From NCBI GenBank assembly GCA_958009085.1, contig OY253688.1, positions 310,001-374,000 of the forward strand: a DNA stretch of 64,000 nt. The letters are read 5' to 3'. Below are positions 1 through 12,569 of this stretch, piece after piece (position 1 is the first letter of the stretch; every line of letters starts with the position of its first letter). The notes under the pieces are model-generated. The model worked only from the letters and a program-made list of their open reading frames with translations. It was not told where the DNA came from and did not search any database. The position numbers and the translations under genes were made by a program. Source of the DNA: Protoeuglena noctilucae (lineage: Eukaryota).

Positions 1-226
1 CGCTGGCCCTGTGCAGGGCGCCGCGGGGGGCCTAGGAGGGTCTCAGTGCCAGTATAGCAAGGGAGGGGGATGTCGAGGGCGTGCGGCACGACTGCCGTGA
101 TTGAACGACCTGGCGTGCACGTGCCTCGCGCTGCGATTAGCTGCAAATCAATCACAGCAACGCTACCCTAGCCGTTTGCTGCCGGCAACTGCCACGTCAG
201 TGCCAGAGCACGTGCATGGTACGGTG

Positions 227-3056
227 TCACAGAGCCCCATTTCCCTCTCCTGCCCTGCCCCCCCGCAAGCGCTCAAGCTCGCCTCTCTCCAGAGGCGCCC
301 AGCGCCCCGTCTTTTGCAAATCCAGCGACTCGCCGGGCTCGTCTCTCGCAGACCCATCCCCCATCTCCGCTCCGACCCCCTGCCCACCGCCTGCAGCCTT
401 CTGGCCCTTCTTCCTGGCCCTCTTCGGCTGCCCCTTATCAAATGTGGTCGATCCAGAAAGCCCCTGATTGAGGACCTCTGTCAACTCCAGGCCGATCTCG
501 TGGCCCAGAGACACCAGCGCCTCAGCTGTCCTCACCCGCAGCCAATGCGCCTGTGCCTCCGGACTGCGCCGACCCCGCCTTGCTCGACCCCGCGCCGCCC
601 CCTGCTTTCCCGCGCGCAGCTCCTCGCTCGCAGAGGCAGTGGCGGCGCCGGGGGCCTGCAGCAGATCCCCGTCTGCGGCAGGCGCTGCAGCCGCGCCCTC
701 CTTCGCAACCCCCTGCGTCAGGGCCGACCGCGTGCCAGAGACCACGCGCGCCTCCACGGCCGCCAGCTCAGAAGGGAGGAAGGCCTCGCGGGGTAGGAGG
801 TGCTTGGAGAAGGCCTGGAGCACTGCGGACATATAGGAGCAGGCTTTGACTGCTAATCGTGGCAGTACAATATGTGAGACGTTCATTGACTCCACTTGCC
901 TGGCACGAGCTCTTCGGGCCTGAAAGCCTCCAGGTTGGTCACGACGTGCTTTGCCCACAGATCCCTCGCCAGTGACTCGGACGGTTTGTAGCCCATGACG
1001 TGCCAGGAAGTCCTGCGAGTGGCAACGACATCGGGGCCTTATTGCGTGGCCAAGCTAGGCAAGGGCGCGCGGCAGAGGTGACGTGGAAGGTAGCGGCAGA
1101 GCAGGGCGCAGCGCACGTGATGCGGCGGACGGTGGTGACGTCCAGGGTCCCTCTGTGCGTGCCCAGTACCTCGGTGAGCCTAGCTTCTGCGGGGTATGAG
1201 CAGGGACGGAAGTGGGCAGGACGCGCACCAGCTGCCAGGCACCTCTACCCCATGCACCCGCGCCTCGCACCCATCTGCAGGAGCATGTCCTCCGGCACTC
1301 GGACCTTGAAGCTGTTGAGGAGGGCCAGGTGGCCCGCGATGGTCCCAGGCTGACCCACGCTGGACAGCTGGACGTGGAGGGCGGTCCAAGCCGCACGGAG
1401 GGACTCTTTGTCCGGGCTGTGCGACCAGTGCTGCCACAGACCCATGACGAGGTTGGCGGCCCCTGGGAACTGGTGGCAGGCACGGACCAAGACGGGCTCC
1501 GTGGCAGCCAGCACGGCGGGGGGCGCCTGGTGCCCAGAGACCCGCAGAGAGTTGAGCAGCGTCGCGACGGCCCGGGGCCCCAGGGCCGGGAGCGCCGGGC
1601 CCTTCAGCAAGCGCGTCGCGGCAGCCGCTGCTTGGGTCGACAGCGCGTGCCCCTGCCGAGAGAGGAACACGAGGGCACGTGCACACTCCGCCACCTCGAC
1701 CAGCGCCGCCTCCGCATCGATCTTCGACTGCCCTCGGAGCCTCGCGACCCACCCCAGCCCCCCCTGTGCGGCGCCGGTTGCCGTCCCCTTGCGCCCATGC
1801 TCGTCTGTCACTACTCTTGCACCCGCCTCCTCCTCCTCCTCCGCTGTGCTCTCCATTGCGGTCCCAGCTGGCATAGAGGCAGAAGCTTCCTCGTCACGCC
1901 GTGTCATACCACCCTGCTCCCCCACCCCCCGCCCCTGCCCTCTCAAGCCCTCCAGCTCCCCCACGCCACGCTCCAGATGCTGCAGCACCGCAAACTCGAG
2001 CCCCCGGAGCGTCCCCCCGGGGAGCCTGGGCCCCTTGGCTTTGCGGACCCCATCGGCGGATGCCAGAACGCGCATCACGTCCACAGTGGAGAGATCGTCC
2101 ATGGCCCGACGCAAGAGAGCCACCAGCGCCGACCAGATCTCCTCTGACGGCGAATGGGACGTCCTCGCCACCGCCTCGAACAGAGCAGCGACGGGCGCGG
2201 GGGCGAGGGCAAAGGCTGCGCCACGGGACCCACGACGGGAGGCCAGGTGGCCTGCGCAGGCGCAGAGGGCCCGGTGGAGGTCTGGAAGAACACTCTGAGG
2301 CAAGCTCTGCGTGGCTGACCCGTCATAGTCACTGGCGCGACCCGCAGCGCCCTGCGATGCAGCACGCACGGGGAGCGCCCTCTCGCCCACAACCCCAGAG
2401 CCCACCGCTGCCTCCCAGGCAGCAGCGATGACCGGCAGAGCAGCCTCGGGCGTCTGAGGCCAGCAGCCAACTCGCACACCCTCGACCAGAGCTTGCCACA
2501 GGGCCTCGGGCACTGGCAGGCGGAGTGAGACCAGCGCGGACGCCGCCCCCGCCGCGGCCGTCAGCGAGAGCTCCGTGCCAGGGACGCCCCGCGCGAAGTC
2601 CGCAGCGACGCGGGCCAGCTGCAGTGCGGCGTCGCGGCTCGCCGTCGCCAGCGTGGGGAACCGCCGGTCCCGTGGCCGCTGGGCCTCCACGTCTGCCACG
2701 GCACGCAGCAGGTGCGCAGCTGAAAGACCCCCGAGGTGCGCGGCGGAGCCAGCGGCCTCGAGGGCGACGCGCATCGCCACGGCACTGCGCCGGTGACGTC
2801 CTGGCCCGGCGGCCCAGGCCGCGACTGCCGAGGCCAGGGCAGACACGTCTCCCTCTCGCACCGACGGGCCAAAGAGAACCCGCGCCTGCTCCCATGGCCC
2901 TTGTTCCCTGCCATGTCTTTTACCCGGCGACTCAAAAGTACTGGAACTGTCTTTCGATGCGGGGTTCGCCCGGATCGGCGGCCCCGCGCGCGCGTGCGGG
3001 TCCACCTGCATGGCTGGTACGCCTGCGTAAGCTCTCCGCAGGATGCCTGGAGCCAA
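227..3056 (-). CDS. Hypothetical spliced protein, Ala/Leu-rich helical (possibly OPR/FAST-like); boundaries uncertain
   Basis: 603-aa ORF 1245-3056 with coding-like composition, a GT donor near 1270 and further coding-like segments down to 227. No diagnostic motif recognised. Confidence 0.45.
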
Positions 3057-3821
3057 GGACCTGCGTCGTACAGAGAGGAGACATGCTCACGTACAAATCT
3101 CAGGCGCTTTCTACCGACAGCGCCCAGGCATCGCGACCGCGAGGCCGAGACGCAGGCACGCCAAGAACCATCCTCCTTGCGCATGCCTTGCGTGAGTTCC
3201 ACACCTGCTCGACCTCGGCGCTTCATTAACTCCAGTGTCGCCTATTCCACATCCACATTGCGCCTGCATCGAAGCATGCGAGACGCTGTCGCGATGTGCG
3301 GCACGCGTGGCAGCCGGGCCTCTCGTGGCGGACCAACGCACGCAATTGTCACAGCGAGTGACGAGGACGATTGCGTGAACTAAGCATGTGGTCGAAGCAG
3401 AGCCTGCACGGGCATTGGACGCGAGAGCATCACCTGGTTCCTCCATATGTCTGCGAACGTCCCCCCGCCAGGCAGGCCAGCACTGCTAGAGCGCAGGAGC
3501 TTCAGCAAGGACCGTCTCCGAACCCTCAACATCTCGCGGCGTGTAAATCAAGTGCCCCATCGCATGCTCATCGAAGAAAAGCCCCGTGCCCGGCGTGCCT
3601 GTTCCCGCCGTCCCTTGATTGAGCACGACTCGCTTGAGATACCCTAACGTCGACGATCTGATGACCAAGTCTTGCAGGACTCTGCTGGATTCAGCAGCCC
3701 CTTGATGAGATGGAGCCAGAGCCACGCATACACATACCTGCAGGGGCAATCCCCAGCCAGAGCCCACCCCGTCTAAACTGAAATGTCAATGCCATGTTCA
3801 AACACCTAACTCGTTCCTATC

Positions 3822-6800
3822 CTAGCCCGTAGCACAAGACCACGCACCCCCGCACAACGAGCATCCCCCGGTTCCCAGCCCGTGCAACTGGGGCGGGATG
3901 AAGGGACCCAGCTCCGACTGTAGCAACGCCCCGTCCTCGGGGACGCGCGCCACGGAGCCGCACCACGGGCAGAAGAGCAGCCGGCCAGGGCCGGACGAGA
4001 ACTCCCCGCCGTCGCGCTGGATGGCGGTGCCGACCGCGGGGAGGGCAAACGCCTGCCGGACCCCCGGCCCCTGCGCCCCCACAGCCCCGGCGGCCCATGC
4101 ACCCGGGGCGCCGTCCGCGCCGACGCCCGCCGCTGCGACCAGCTGCGCCTGGCGCGCCCGGGTCAACTCCACCGGCACCCCACCAGCGTGCGCGGGCGTG
4201 GGTCCCAGGGCCCGGCGCTTGGCAGCTCTTGCGCTGGCCCACGGGTGCACCCTCCGCCTCGTGAACGCGTCGAGGGGCGCAGATACAGCCCCAACGGCCT
4301 CCCCGGTCCCCGACGCCGTCGCCAAACACAGAGGCCCCTCCCGGGCCGCCAGGGGACCTGATTCTGACGCCGGGAGCGACTCTGCCAGAATGGAGAGGTC
4401 CAGCTTCCCGAGGCAGATGGGCGTCTGCTGTGCGCCGCGCTGGGAGGTACCTGCGGGCAGGACGTGACTGCGATGGTGAGCGTCGCTCGTGCCACACCTC
4501 GCAGGCGCCCAGGCAATCCCTATGCGCCCCTCACCTGCCCCAGCCCCCATCATCACTGCGGCCCCCTCCACCCCCGCCAGCTCCAAGGGCCTCCCCAGCA
4601 CCTCCTTCGCCTTCACCCACACCTCCTCCGCCAATGCCCGGGCAGATGCCGGCGTCGCCTCCGGCAGCCTCTGCGATGCCGCTAGGAAGTCACGAAGGGC
4701 CGGCCAGTTGGGCGTGGCGAGCGCAACGCGCATCCGGTCGGACGGGAGCGGCGCGCCGTGGATGGCGAAGAACGTCGGGATCGCCGAGCGCCTCGTCGGC
4801 GCTGCCGCGGCCTGCGCCGGCGCCTGTGCGGGCGGCTGCGTTGGGGCCCCGTTGGCCGGGGTCGCTTGCCCTGTCCCTGCGCCCCTTCGGTCCATGCCAC
4901 CGTACGTGTAGTCGATGAAGACCTTCTCCCACACATCCAATGTCTCCTTGAGCCTGCAGCCGGGGACGAGCGGAGGTGGGGCGTCAGGGGCCGGGTGGCG
5001 TGGGCAGGCAGACAAGACGCACAGAAGATGGGGTGGGATAGGCACAAATGAGGATGAGGGCCTCAAGTCACGTGCACAGCAGACGTGGTACATATGACGC
5101 TGCACAGGGCCCTGCAGGACGACACTACCCACATGTCATCCTCGCTTGGCCAGCGCTCATCGCCCTCACCTGCTGTGCTGGGTTGTGAAGACGCTCAGGA
5201 CTTTGATCCCGTTGGCCTTCTGCCTCAGTTGGAAACGATCCTCCACGGCCTGCTGGAACTCTCCGGCCAAGAGGGCGTCCAGCTGATCCTCAGTCGCATC
5301 GGGCCGGTCTCCCGCAAGCACCTCACGCAGGATCTGCCGGCGGACCTGGGGAGGTGAGGGAGGCATGGAATGTGGCGGAAGGCATGGGGATGCGCTGATC
5401 GCGACGAAAAGGACTGCTGCGCTGGAACTGCTGCGCTGGGCCGTCGTGGAATGCAGCTGCGCGCGGGGCAGGGCGCGCCTGGAGGTTCAGCTGCAGCTAA
5501 CCTGCAGTTGCGTGGATCCCATCCAGGCAAGTCTCACGTCCTCACCTCCCTCTCGATGACTTTCATCGACTGCTCCGACAAGTGCACCATCGTCTTCCTG
5601 AGCCACCGGATGGTGACCATCGCGCCCATGTCGTGGATCAGCCGCACCCCGGGCAGGGCATCCGCAGCCACCAGGTCCTCACTCGTGCGCCTCTCCTGCG
5701 CAATGAAAACGACTGGCTAAGCATGCATCGCCTGCACATGTCATGGTAACTCCACCTCCCCTGGCTCCTTGCGACCAGCCCTGTTCATCCCAGCACCAAC
5801 GCGCTGTGCCTATGACCACCCACCTGCGCCTCCAGTGCCATGTGCCCCGCGACCCAGGCTCTCCCTGCCATGAACGTGAGCTCCATCATTTCCCGGAATC
5901 GCCTCAGCGCCGGGCTGAGCTTGTTGACCACATCGAGGGAGACCAGGGCAGGCCGGGGCAGGTCGCTGGCGTGGGCGATGGGCGTCGGGAGCGGGCCGGG
6001 AGCCTCGTACGGCGGGAAGAGGCCGCAGATAGACGAGACAGACGCCTCCAGGAGGGTCGCGAGGGTGCGGAATTGCAGGTCCATGCTGCGACCGACAGAC
6101 ACAAAAGACGAGATTCACGCCAAGGTGGCTCAGCACAATACGCACTCTGTTCTTGAGACCCCGCCCTGCCTTGGTGCAAAGTGCCGGCCCTGACGAAGCA
6201 TTGAGCGCATGAGACAGAGACTGGCCAGCACGCTGCGTCTCGCCTGAGCGCCACGGCCGATCGCACCAGGTAGCTGCTGTCGGCGCTGACTGGCTTCCAG
6301 GGCAGCACCGACAGGATCTTCGCCTTTTGCTGACTCAGCCAGGCCACGTCGTCGTTGTTCGTCCGAAACTTGGTGCCCTGAGGAACAATCGAGACACCGC
6401 GACAGTCAGCGCTTGCGAATGCAGCCACTGCAGCACAGGCGTGTTGGTCGTGGCTGCAGCCGGGCTTGCTTGCGTGACGGCGGGGCAGGCGCACCTGACT
6501 GCCGGTGGAAGGCTGCATGACCAGCATGTCCAGCCGCAGGAAGAGTTGACTGCATAAGGTGAACGCGTTCCTCATCTCCCGGCGAGACATGTCCCCGCTC
6601 GCTGCCACCGCCAGCAGCCGCCGCGCCACCACGGCCCAGTCGGGGCCCGACGTGCCGGCCACGGCAGACCAGAGGGCGCCGATCACGAGGTTATGAATAG
6701 CGATGCCGGCAGACGAGGACGGGCCGTCCTCCGAAAAGGCCGTCAGGAAGTCCGGAAGCATGGGCGCTGGCTGCTGAAGCGGGGTGGGCCTGTTATGGCC

Positions 6801-8749
6801 GTGGACGACAATGCGGACGGCCAGCTGCAGGGAGCCGTTGGCGCACGCGCCGTGGGCCATGAGGCAGGCAGCGCTCGACAGCGAGGCTGAGGTGCCAGGG
6901 GGAAGGGGCAAGGCGAAGAGCGCGACGGTGCTGTTGCGGCTCAGGTGCCAGACCACGGCGGCCGGCTCCGAGGAGCGGGGGAAGGAGGTCGCCAGGAACC
7001 GGCCGCAGGAGCTGTTTGACGTGGCGATGGGGGCGCAGGCCGTGGCGGGGGCGGGCGTGGTGAGGACCCTACCCCCGTTGGGCCGGAAGCTGGAGGCGGC
7101 CGACAACTGCGGGGGTGGCGAGGGGACGCGGACGCGTGAGATATCACATTCACAGGGGTGGCCAGCAGCGAGGAACGGCCCAACAGCTGTCCCAACCACG
7201 CCTCACCAAATAGGTGGCCAGGAATCGGGTCCCTCGGTCGCCATCATGGAGGCTCGTGACGGTGAAGGCAGGCGTCGCGTTGCCCCGCATCGGCGTCAGT
7301 GCCATGCCCATGCATGCGCCACGAACGTACTCGGCCGTGTCCCGTGTCAGCAGCGCCTGCGAGGGAGGGCGTTTGAGACTCATGGCCAAACTCTGTGTGC
7401 CCAACAGCACGTGTCACCATGCTAGTCATGATCGTATAGCTACCGAAGACGGGCAATACGACTACGAGGGAGGGGAGAGACAAGGGACGCTGGTCCGCCC
7501 CCACCCCTCCCAGCTCTCACCGTCGCCATCAGCCCGTGACTCTCGTCCCGAACGCCCAAGGTCTTCCCTTCTGGCAAAGCCGGGAGGCTCCCCGGACCAA
7601 ACGCGGCCATGCGAATGCGGGTGTCCGCGTCGTCCCCCGACCCCCACCACGCAAGCATCAGCTCCCCCGCGGGGCCCACGGAAGCAGCCGCCACGGCAAT
7701 CGTACCCCCGCATCCCGGACTCTGCTCCCCCAGCCACAGCGCCGTCTCCCTCCAGGGCCCCTCCCACCCCGCCACCGGCCGCAGCAACCGCGCATGACCC
7801 CCCGCATGCACCGCCAACACCCACGCGTCCCCATCCTCCATCCACCTCGTGCGTGGCGCCGACGCGGCCATGCCCCGGGGCGCCCCCGCGCCCGCTGCCA
7901 CCCCGCCCCCCGCCCTCTGCTCCACCGCCCGCATGTGCGCCAGGATCGCGGCCATTGGGCCCTCTTGCTCCTTCGGGCGTGCGTCCAGGGATGCCATGAC
8001 CTCCCATGTGTACTTGTACGTTTGAGAACTGTCGCCCTTCTTCAGCGGCCGCGCCTCCGCGAGCTCCTTCAGTTGACAGCCGGCCCAGCCGGACGGCTCT
8101 GCGGGCACGCGGTGGTCGAGGCCATGGGTCTTCCGCTGACTTGGCATGGGCTGCCGTGCGCAGTGCGTTAACATCTTTCAGCGCATTGTCAGTCTCTCAA
8201 CGTATCGGCAATGCTTCTGTGATTGCGGCGATGCGCGAGCGTGCTGCAGCGTGCTGCAGCCTCACTTGTGATGACCTCGCAGTAGACCAGCGGTCCCAGG
8301 GCGGGCGTGGCGTTGCGGATGCGTGTGCAAGTCCATGCGCCGGCCTTGAGCGACGACGTGGCGGCAGGGCGGCACACGCAGAGGCCCCCGTGGGTCTCGG
8401 CCACCAGCAGCGTGCGGGGCATCGCCACAGGGTCGGCCCACTGCAGACCGAGCAGCCACGGGCCGGCCGCGACGGATCCAGAGCGCGGTGCAGGCGGCAC
8501 GGCCACGCACGTGTGCCAGGCGGGCGCTTCCGGGTGCACAAAGTGTACCAAGCGCGACGGCACGACGGCATTCACCGCCGCAGCGACGCACGAGGTCGTC
8601 GGGCAGACCGCGCAGCACACGGCCGGTGCGCTTTCTGCATCCGCCAGAGCGCCTTGAGCTGCCGGGTCCCAGACCGCGACGCGCACGGTCGAGTCGGGCT
8701 TGGGGGCGTCTGACGCGCCCGCCACTCCAGCCGAGCTGCGTCTGGACAT
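3822..8749 (-). CDS. MED16: Mediator subunit 16 (SFR6-like), multi-exon
   Basis: N-terminal 'FVHPEAP...LQWADPVAMPRTLLVAETHG' resembles the plant SFR6 WD-like start. C-terminal zinc-ribbon 'CPWCG...CSLCGGAW' is typical of MED16. Several GT-AG introns lie in between. Confidence 0.7.
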
Positions 8750-9451
8750 GATGTGGGGGTCCTGATGGAGTCAACAAGATCGCGGAGGATATGGTCGACG
8801 ATTGAGCCCCACGACTTGCGCAGCGATCGCGGAGGGGGGCGGAGCGGCCTTACCTGGGTTGGCCATCGGCTCCCGTCACTTCTGGCACGTCAGAGATCCC
8901 GGATTCCTCTGGGACGATTCCAGAGGACATCCCGACATCGGACGCTGCGGCTGAGCCCGCGTGGCCCCCGTTCCGCGCCTGCCCACTCCTGCGCCCCGCA
9001 CTTGCCGGCCCCCCCGGCCCCAGGAGCCCCCCGATGCGTGCTGTGTCCGACCAGTCCGAGTCTCCTGTAACTCAATTACCGGCGTCAGCCGCAGGCGAGA
9101 GACAGGAGCCTTCCGGAGGGCGTCCTGGGCCAGAATGCTAGGCTCAGCACGGTCCCGTCCCAGTCGCTAGACGAAGGTTCTATTTCATTCGTTTGGAATG
9201 AAATGTGTCCGGTGGAGGGAAGGTCATTGCTTTGATGGCCGGCTCGCCACTTACGGGCGCGGGTTTTTGTCTCGTCAGACTCGGCAGGGGAACCGGCCCC
9301 TCGCAGGCCGCTGCCGCTGCATAGCGTGTTTTCTTGATTGAGGGCGGCCGTTTCGGTTGCAGGGCCCGCGGTGGCGTTTTGCGGGAGTCGTGCGGGGCTC
9401 TGCAGGGCAGGGGCGCAAAAAGCCCGTCCCCCGGGCGGCAGGGCCCGCCCC

Positions 9452-12015
9452 ATGTCGCGCATGGTGCGCCCGCGGCCCCTGGACCCCACAAGGAAGCTTT
9501 TGATCGTCCGGGACCCCTCGGAACTCGATGTGCTCGCCGCGGGGGAGCAAAATGGGCCTGCCGGAGTGCTCGGGGCTGATCAGACGAGCGTTCCGCAGGT
9601 GAGGCGCGCCGGGCGGCCATGCGCTTCGGCCAGTGGCGCGAGGAAGGCATGAAAGTTGCGCTCGTCGCCTCGTGCGCCGCCCCCGCCGGTCGGCCTGGGC
9701 GGGATCACCGCTTGGCTGCTGGTTCGAGTGGCACCGTGCCGACAGATTTTTGCGCTGGCTTTATTTCGGGACAGCGACGCGTCGCCGAGCCCTTTCCAGG
9801 GACGCATCGCCCGATGCCTCGGGTCAGCGCGCGCCATCGCGGGGATCTGGGCGCATCAGGGTTGGCATGGCGCGCCGACGCTCGAACAGTCACGGCCCCC
9901 ATCGCCGCGCATCCGCGGGGTTTTGCCGGCCCCCGCGCCGTGTGCAGTGCGTGTATTTGCTGTTTTGCGAGAATCGGGCACCGTACCGGCGCAGGGATGC
10001 TCCCTTGCGCTGGAGCAGCTCTCGGTCGCTGAGCCCCTGCTGCCGCCGCTGACCCTGCCTGGAGAGGTTTCTTGCGCCCACGAGCGTCCTGCACCCCGCG
10101 CTCGCCTCCGCGTCAAGTCCACGCTTTCCTCCGCTCGCGACCCCGCAGGCGGGGGGCGCTGGCATGGGAGGGCATGGGGCCATGTCGGCCGCTGCCCACG
10201 CGCCGCACCAGCCAAGCCACGTGTCTGGCCACGGCAAGCAGCAGGCCATCCCCATCCCGCAAGTCCTCACGGTCCCCACCTACGCCAAGGACTACCGACC
10301 AGACTTCAAACAGCCGTCGGTGTGCGAGCGGCGCGCGGGGGCTGTTGCGCGCCTGCGCCCCGTCTCAGGAGGATGGCGACGGGGCTGTTGCTGCGTGGTG
10401 GCAGCGGCCGGTTCGGGACCAGGGCCAGCGTGGCGTCGACCTGGGACCCTGGCTGCTCCCTCCCCTGCGTCGCAGACGTACGTGCGATGGCGTCACACGC
10501 AGCGGTCGGACTTCCACGTCGAGTACGACTTGGACAACGAGGACGTGCGTTTCTTGGAGAACTACAACAGGGGACAGCAGCGGCTGACGGCGGACAAGAT
10601 GGAGCTGATGATTTGGAAGGTGACAAAGCGGGCAGCTGACGGCCAGGCGCAGGCGGGCGGCCATTCATGACCATCGCGGCGCTCCATCAGGGTAGTCCTG
10701 CGCACCACGTGTGCCACGTGACCTGCGCGCGCAGTTGGAGTATCTGAACCGGGACGCGACGGACCGTGCGTTGGACAAGATGGGGGCGACGCCAACGGAC
10801 CGCAACGGCCCCGCGGCGGCGCGGACGGTGGAGCATCTGTCGGTGCACGAGGCGGTGGCGCACCTCGTGGCGGTCACGGGGCTGCGGGACAAGGTTTGCG
10901 ACGCGGTGTTCAAGTACTGGCGGGAGAAGGCGAGTGCTCAGGCGGGGTTACCCTGGCGACAGAACGGTTGTGGGTGGCGAGAGCGGCGTGTAGACGGGCG
11001 CTGTTGGGGTCGCGGTCGCGGCTGGCGAGAGCTGTCGACTCGGTGCGAAGTCTCCAGTAACAGTTCCCAAACCTGGCAACTCTTGGCAAGTGGTGACCTT
11101 GACCGCCCTCGCTCGCAGCGCAAGAAGCGCGACAAGCCTCTCTTGCGGCAGTTGGAGGCCGCCACCAATCCCCAGGACACGAACCCCTTCCACGTCTTCC
11201 GACCACGAGAGAAGCAGCACCGCCCTCAAACGCGGCGGCGGAGGTGCGAGCATGCAGCAGCCTCGATTCTCAGCCACCCCCCGCACCTCCACCCCGCCCA
11301 CCAAGCGACCCGCTTGTGCAGCTTCACCCCAGCGACTGCTCCAATTTTACCGTGTTTGCATCCCCGCCATGGCGTTTCTTGCAGGGAGAATGACCTCAAG
11401 TCCTACGAGCGCCTCCGGGAGCTCCGGGAGAATTTGGCGGCGGCGCTGAGCATCATGGAGCTGGTGGTGCAGCGGGAGACGAAGAAGCGGGAGCTGGCGG
11501 CGCACGAGGTGGACGAGCAGAGGCTCCAGCTGAGGCTACACCACGAGGAGGGGTCCCGTCACGACCAGGTGGCGGGGCAGATGCTGCAGGCACTCAAGGA
11601 CCGGGCCAGGAGGGCGCTGGAGGACGGGGGCGGGGTGCCGGCGCCGGTGCCGGACGTGCGGGGGGTCCGCACGGGGCGGGGCGTGGGCGGGCGGCGGGGG
11701 GGTCTGCGGGGTGCCAGGGGGGGGCGCAACCCCGCCAGCGCCATGGCCGAGCTGCCGCTGGCGCCGCTGCCCCCGGAGATCTACGCACCCTTCGACGAGA
11801 CGGAGCTGGACGTTTCCCGGTTCGAGAAGGCGCTGCTCTTCACGCTGCCGCGGGGCATCCGGTGCGAGGGCGTGCGTGCGCGGTTTGGGAGGGGGGGCCG
11901 GCTGGTGCTGGACCGGTGCAATCCACTCACGGTGGAGCTTTACTGGTCGCGTGACCAGCCAGACGGCAACGGCGTGGGTGAGCCCATGGATGTGGACGGA
12001 GCCCCGCCGCGGTGA
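9452..12015 (+). CDS. EPL1: Enhancer of polycomb-like protein (NuA4 subunit), multi-exon
   Basis: 'MSRMVRPRPLDPTRKLLIV', 'IPIPQV', 'VEYDLDNEDVRFL', 'YWREK|RKKRDKPLLRQL', 'DTNPFHVFRPRE' and the C-terminal 'RARFGRGGRLVLDR'. Confidence 0.92.
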
Positions 12016-12569
12016 GGCGGGGGTCGCTGGGGAGGCGAACAAGAAAAGGGGACGACAGGCCGTGCTCGTCGCTGAGGCGGGTCATTGATGTAAGCTGCCT
12101 TCGTGGGAGAGGGGATAAAGAGGGAGAAGGGCGTTGCGCCTCACGGCCTGGGCTCCGGATCGGCCTCGCTGTGCGTCACTTGTGAGTCGTTGGGCCCCAT
12201 CTGGTATCCTCAGATGCAGGCTCGTCGCTGAGCTGCGCCGGGGGCCTTGGGTTGCGGTCGAGCCCACTTGCAAAAGCCCCCAGCCGCTGCATGCCACGCC
12301 ATGCCGTCCTGTGTGTTGGCTGACAGCGGGCCGTGACGCCGTCGCCTCTCGGCATGTCGCTGCATCTGACGCGGCGTGTGAGTGTTTCAATCCGCGCCCC
12401 ACGTGAACCCCGTGGGTCGCCTTGAACCAAAGCCTATCGCGGGCGGCACAACAACGCCCCACCCAGGGCAGCTGCTTCCGTCCGTCTTCATCTAACCTAC
12501 ATCAGCACTAACATCCGCCCTGCTCATCCATGGAGCGACCCGCACAGTGCCCCTCTTCTCCAAATGTTC

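Noticed and set aside
3447..3647. 66-aa plus-strand ORF between genes
   Set aside because: No recognisable motif or supporting gene structure.
8849..8860. CTTACCTGG resembling the U1 snRNA 5' end
   Set aside because: No U1 stem-loops or Sm site follow. It is a minus-strand splice donor (CAG|GTAAG).
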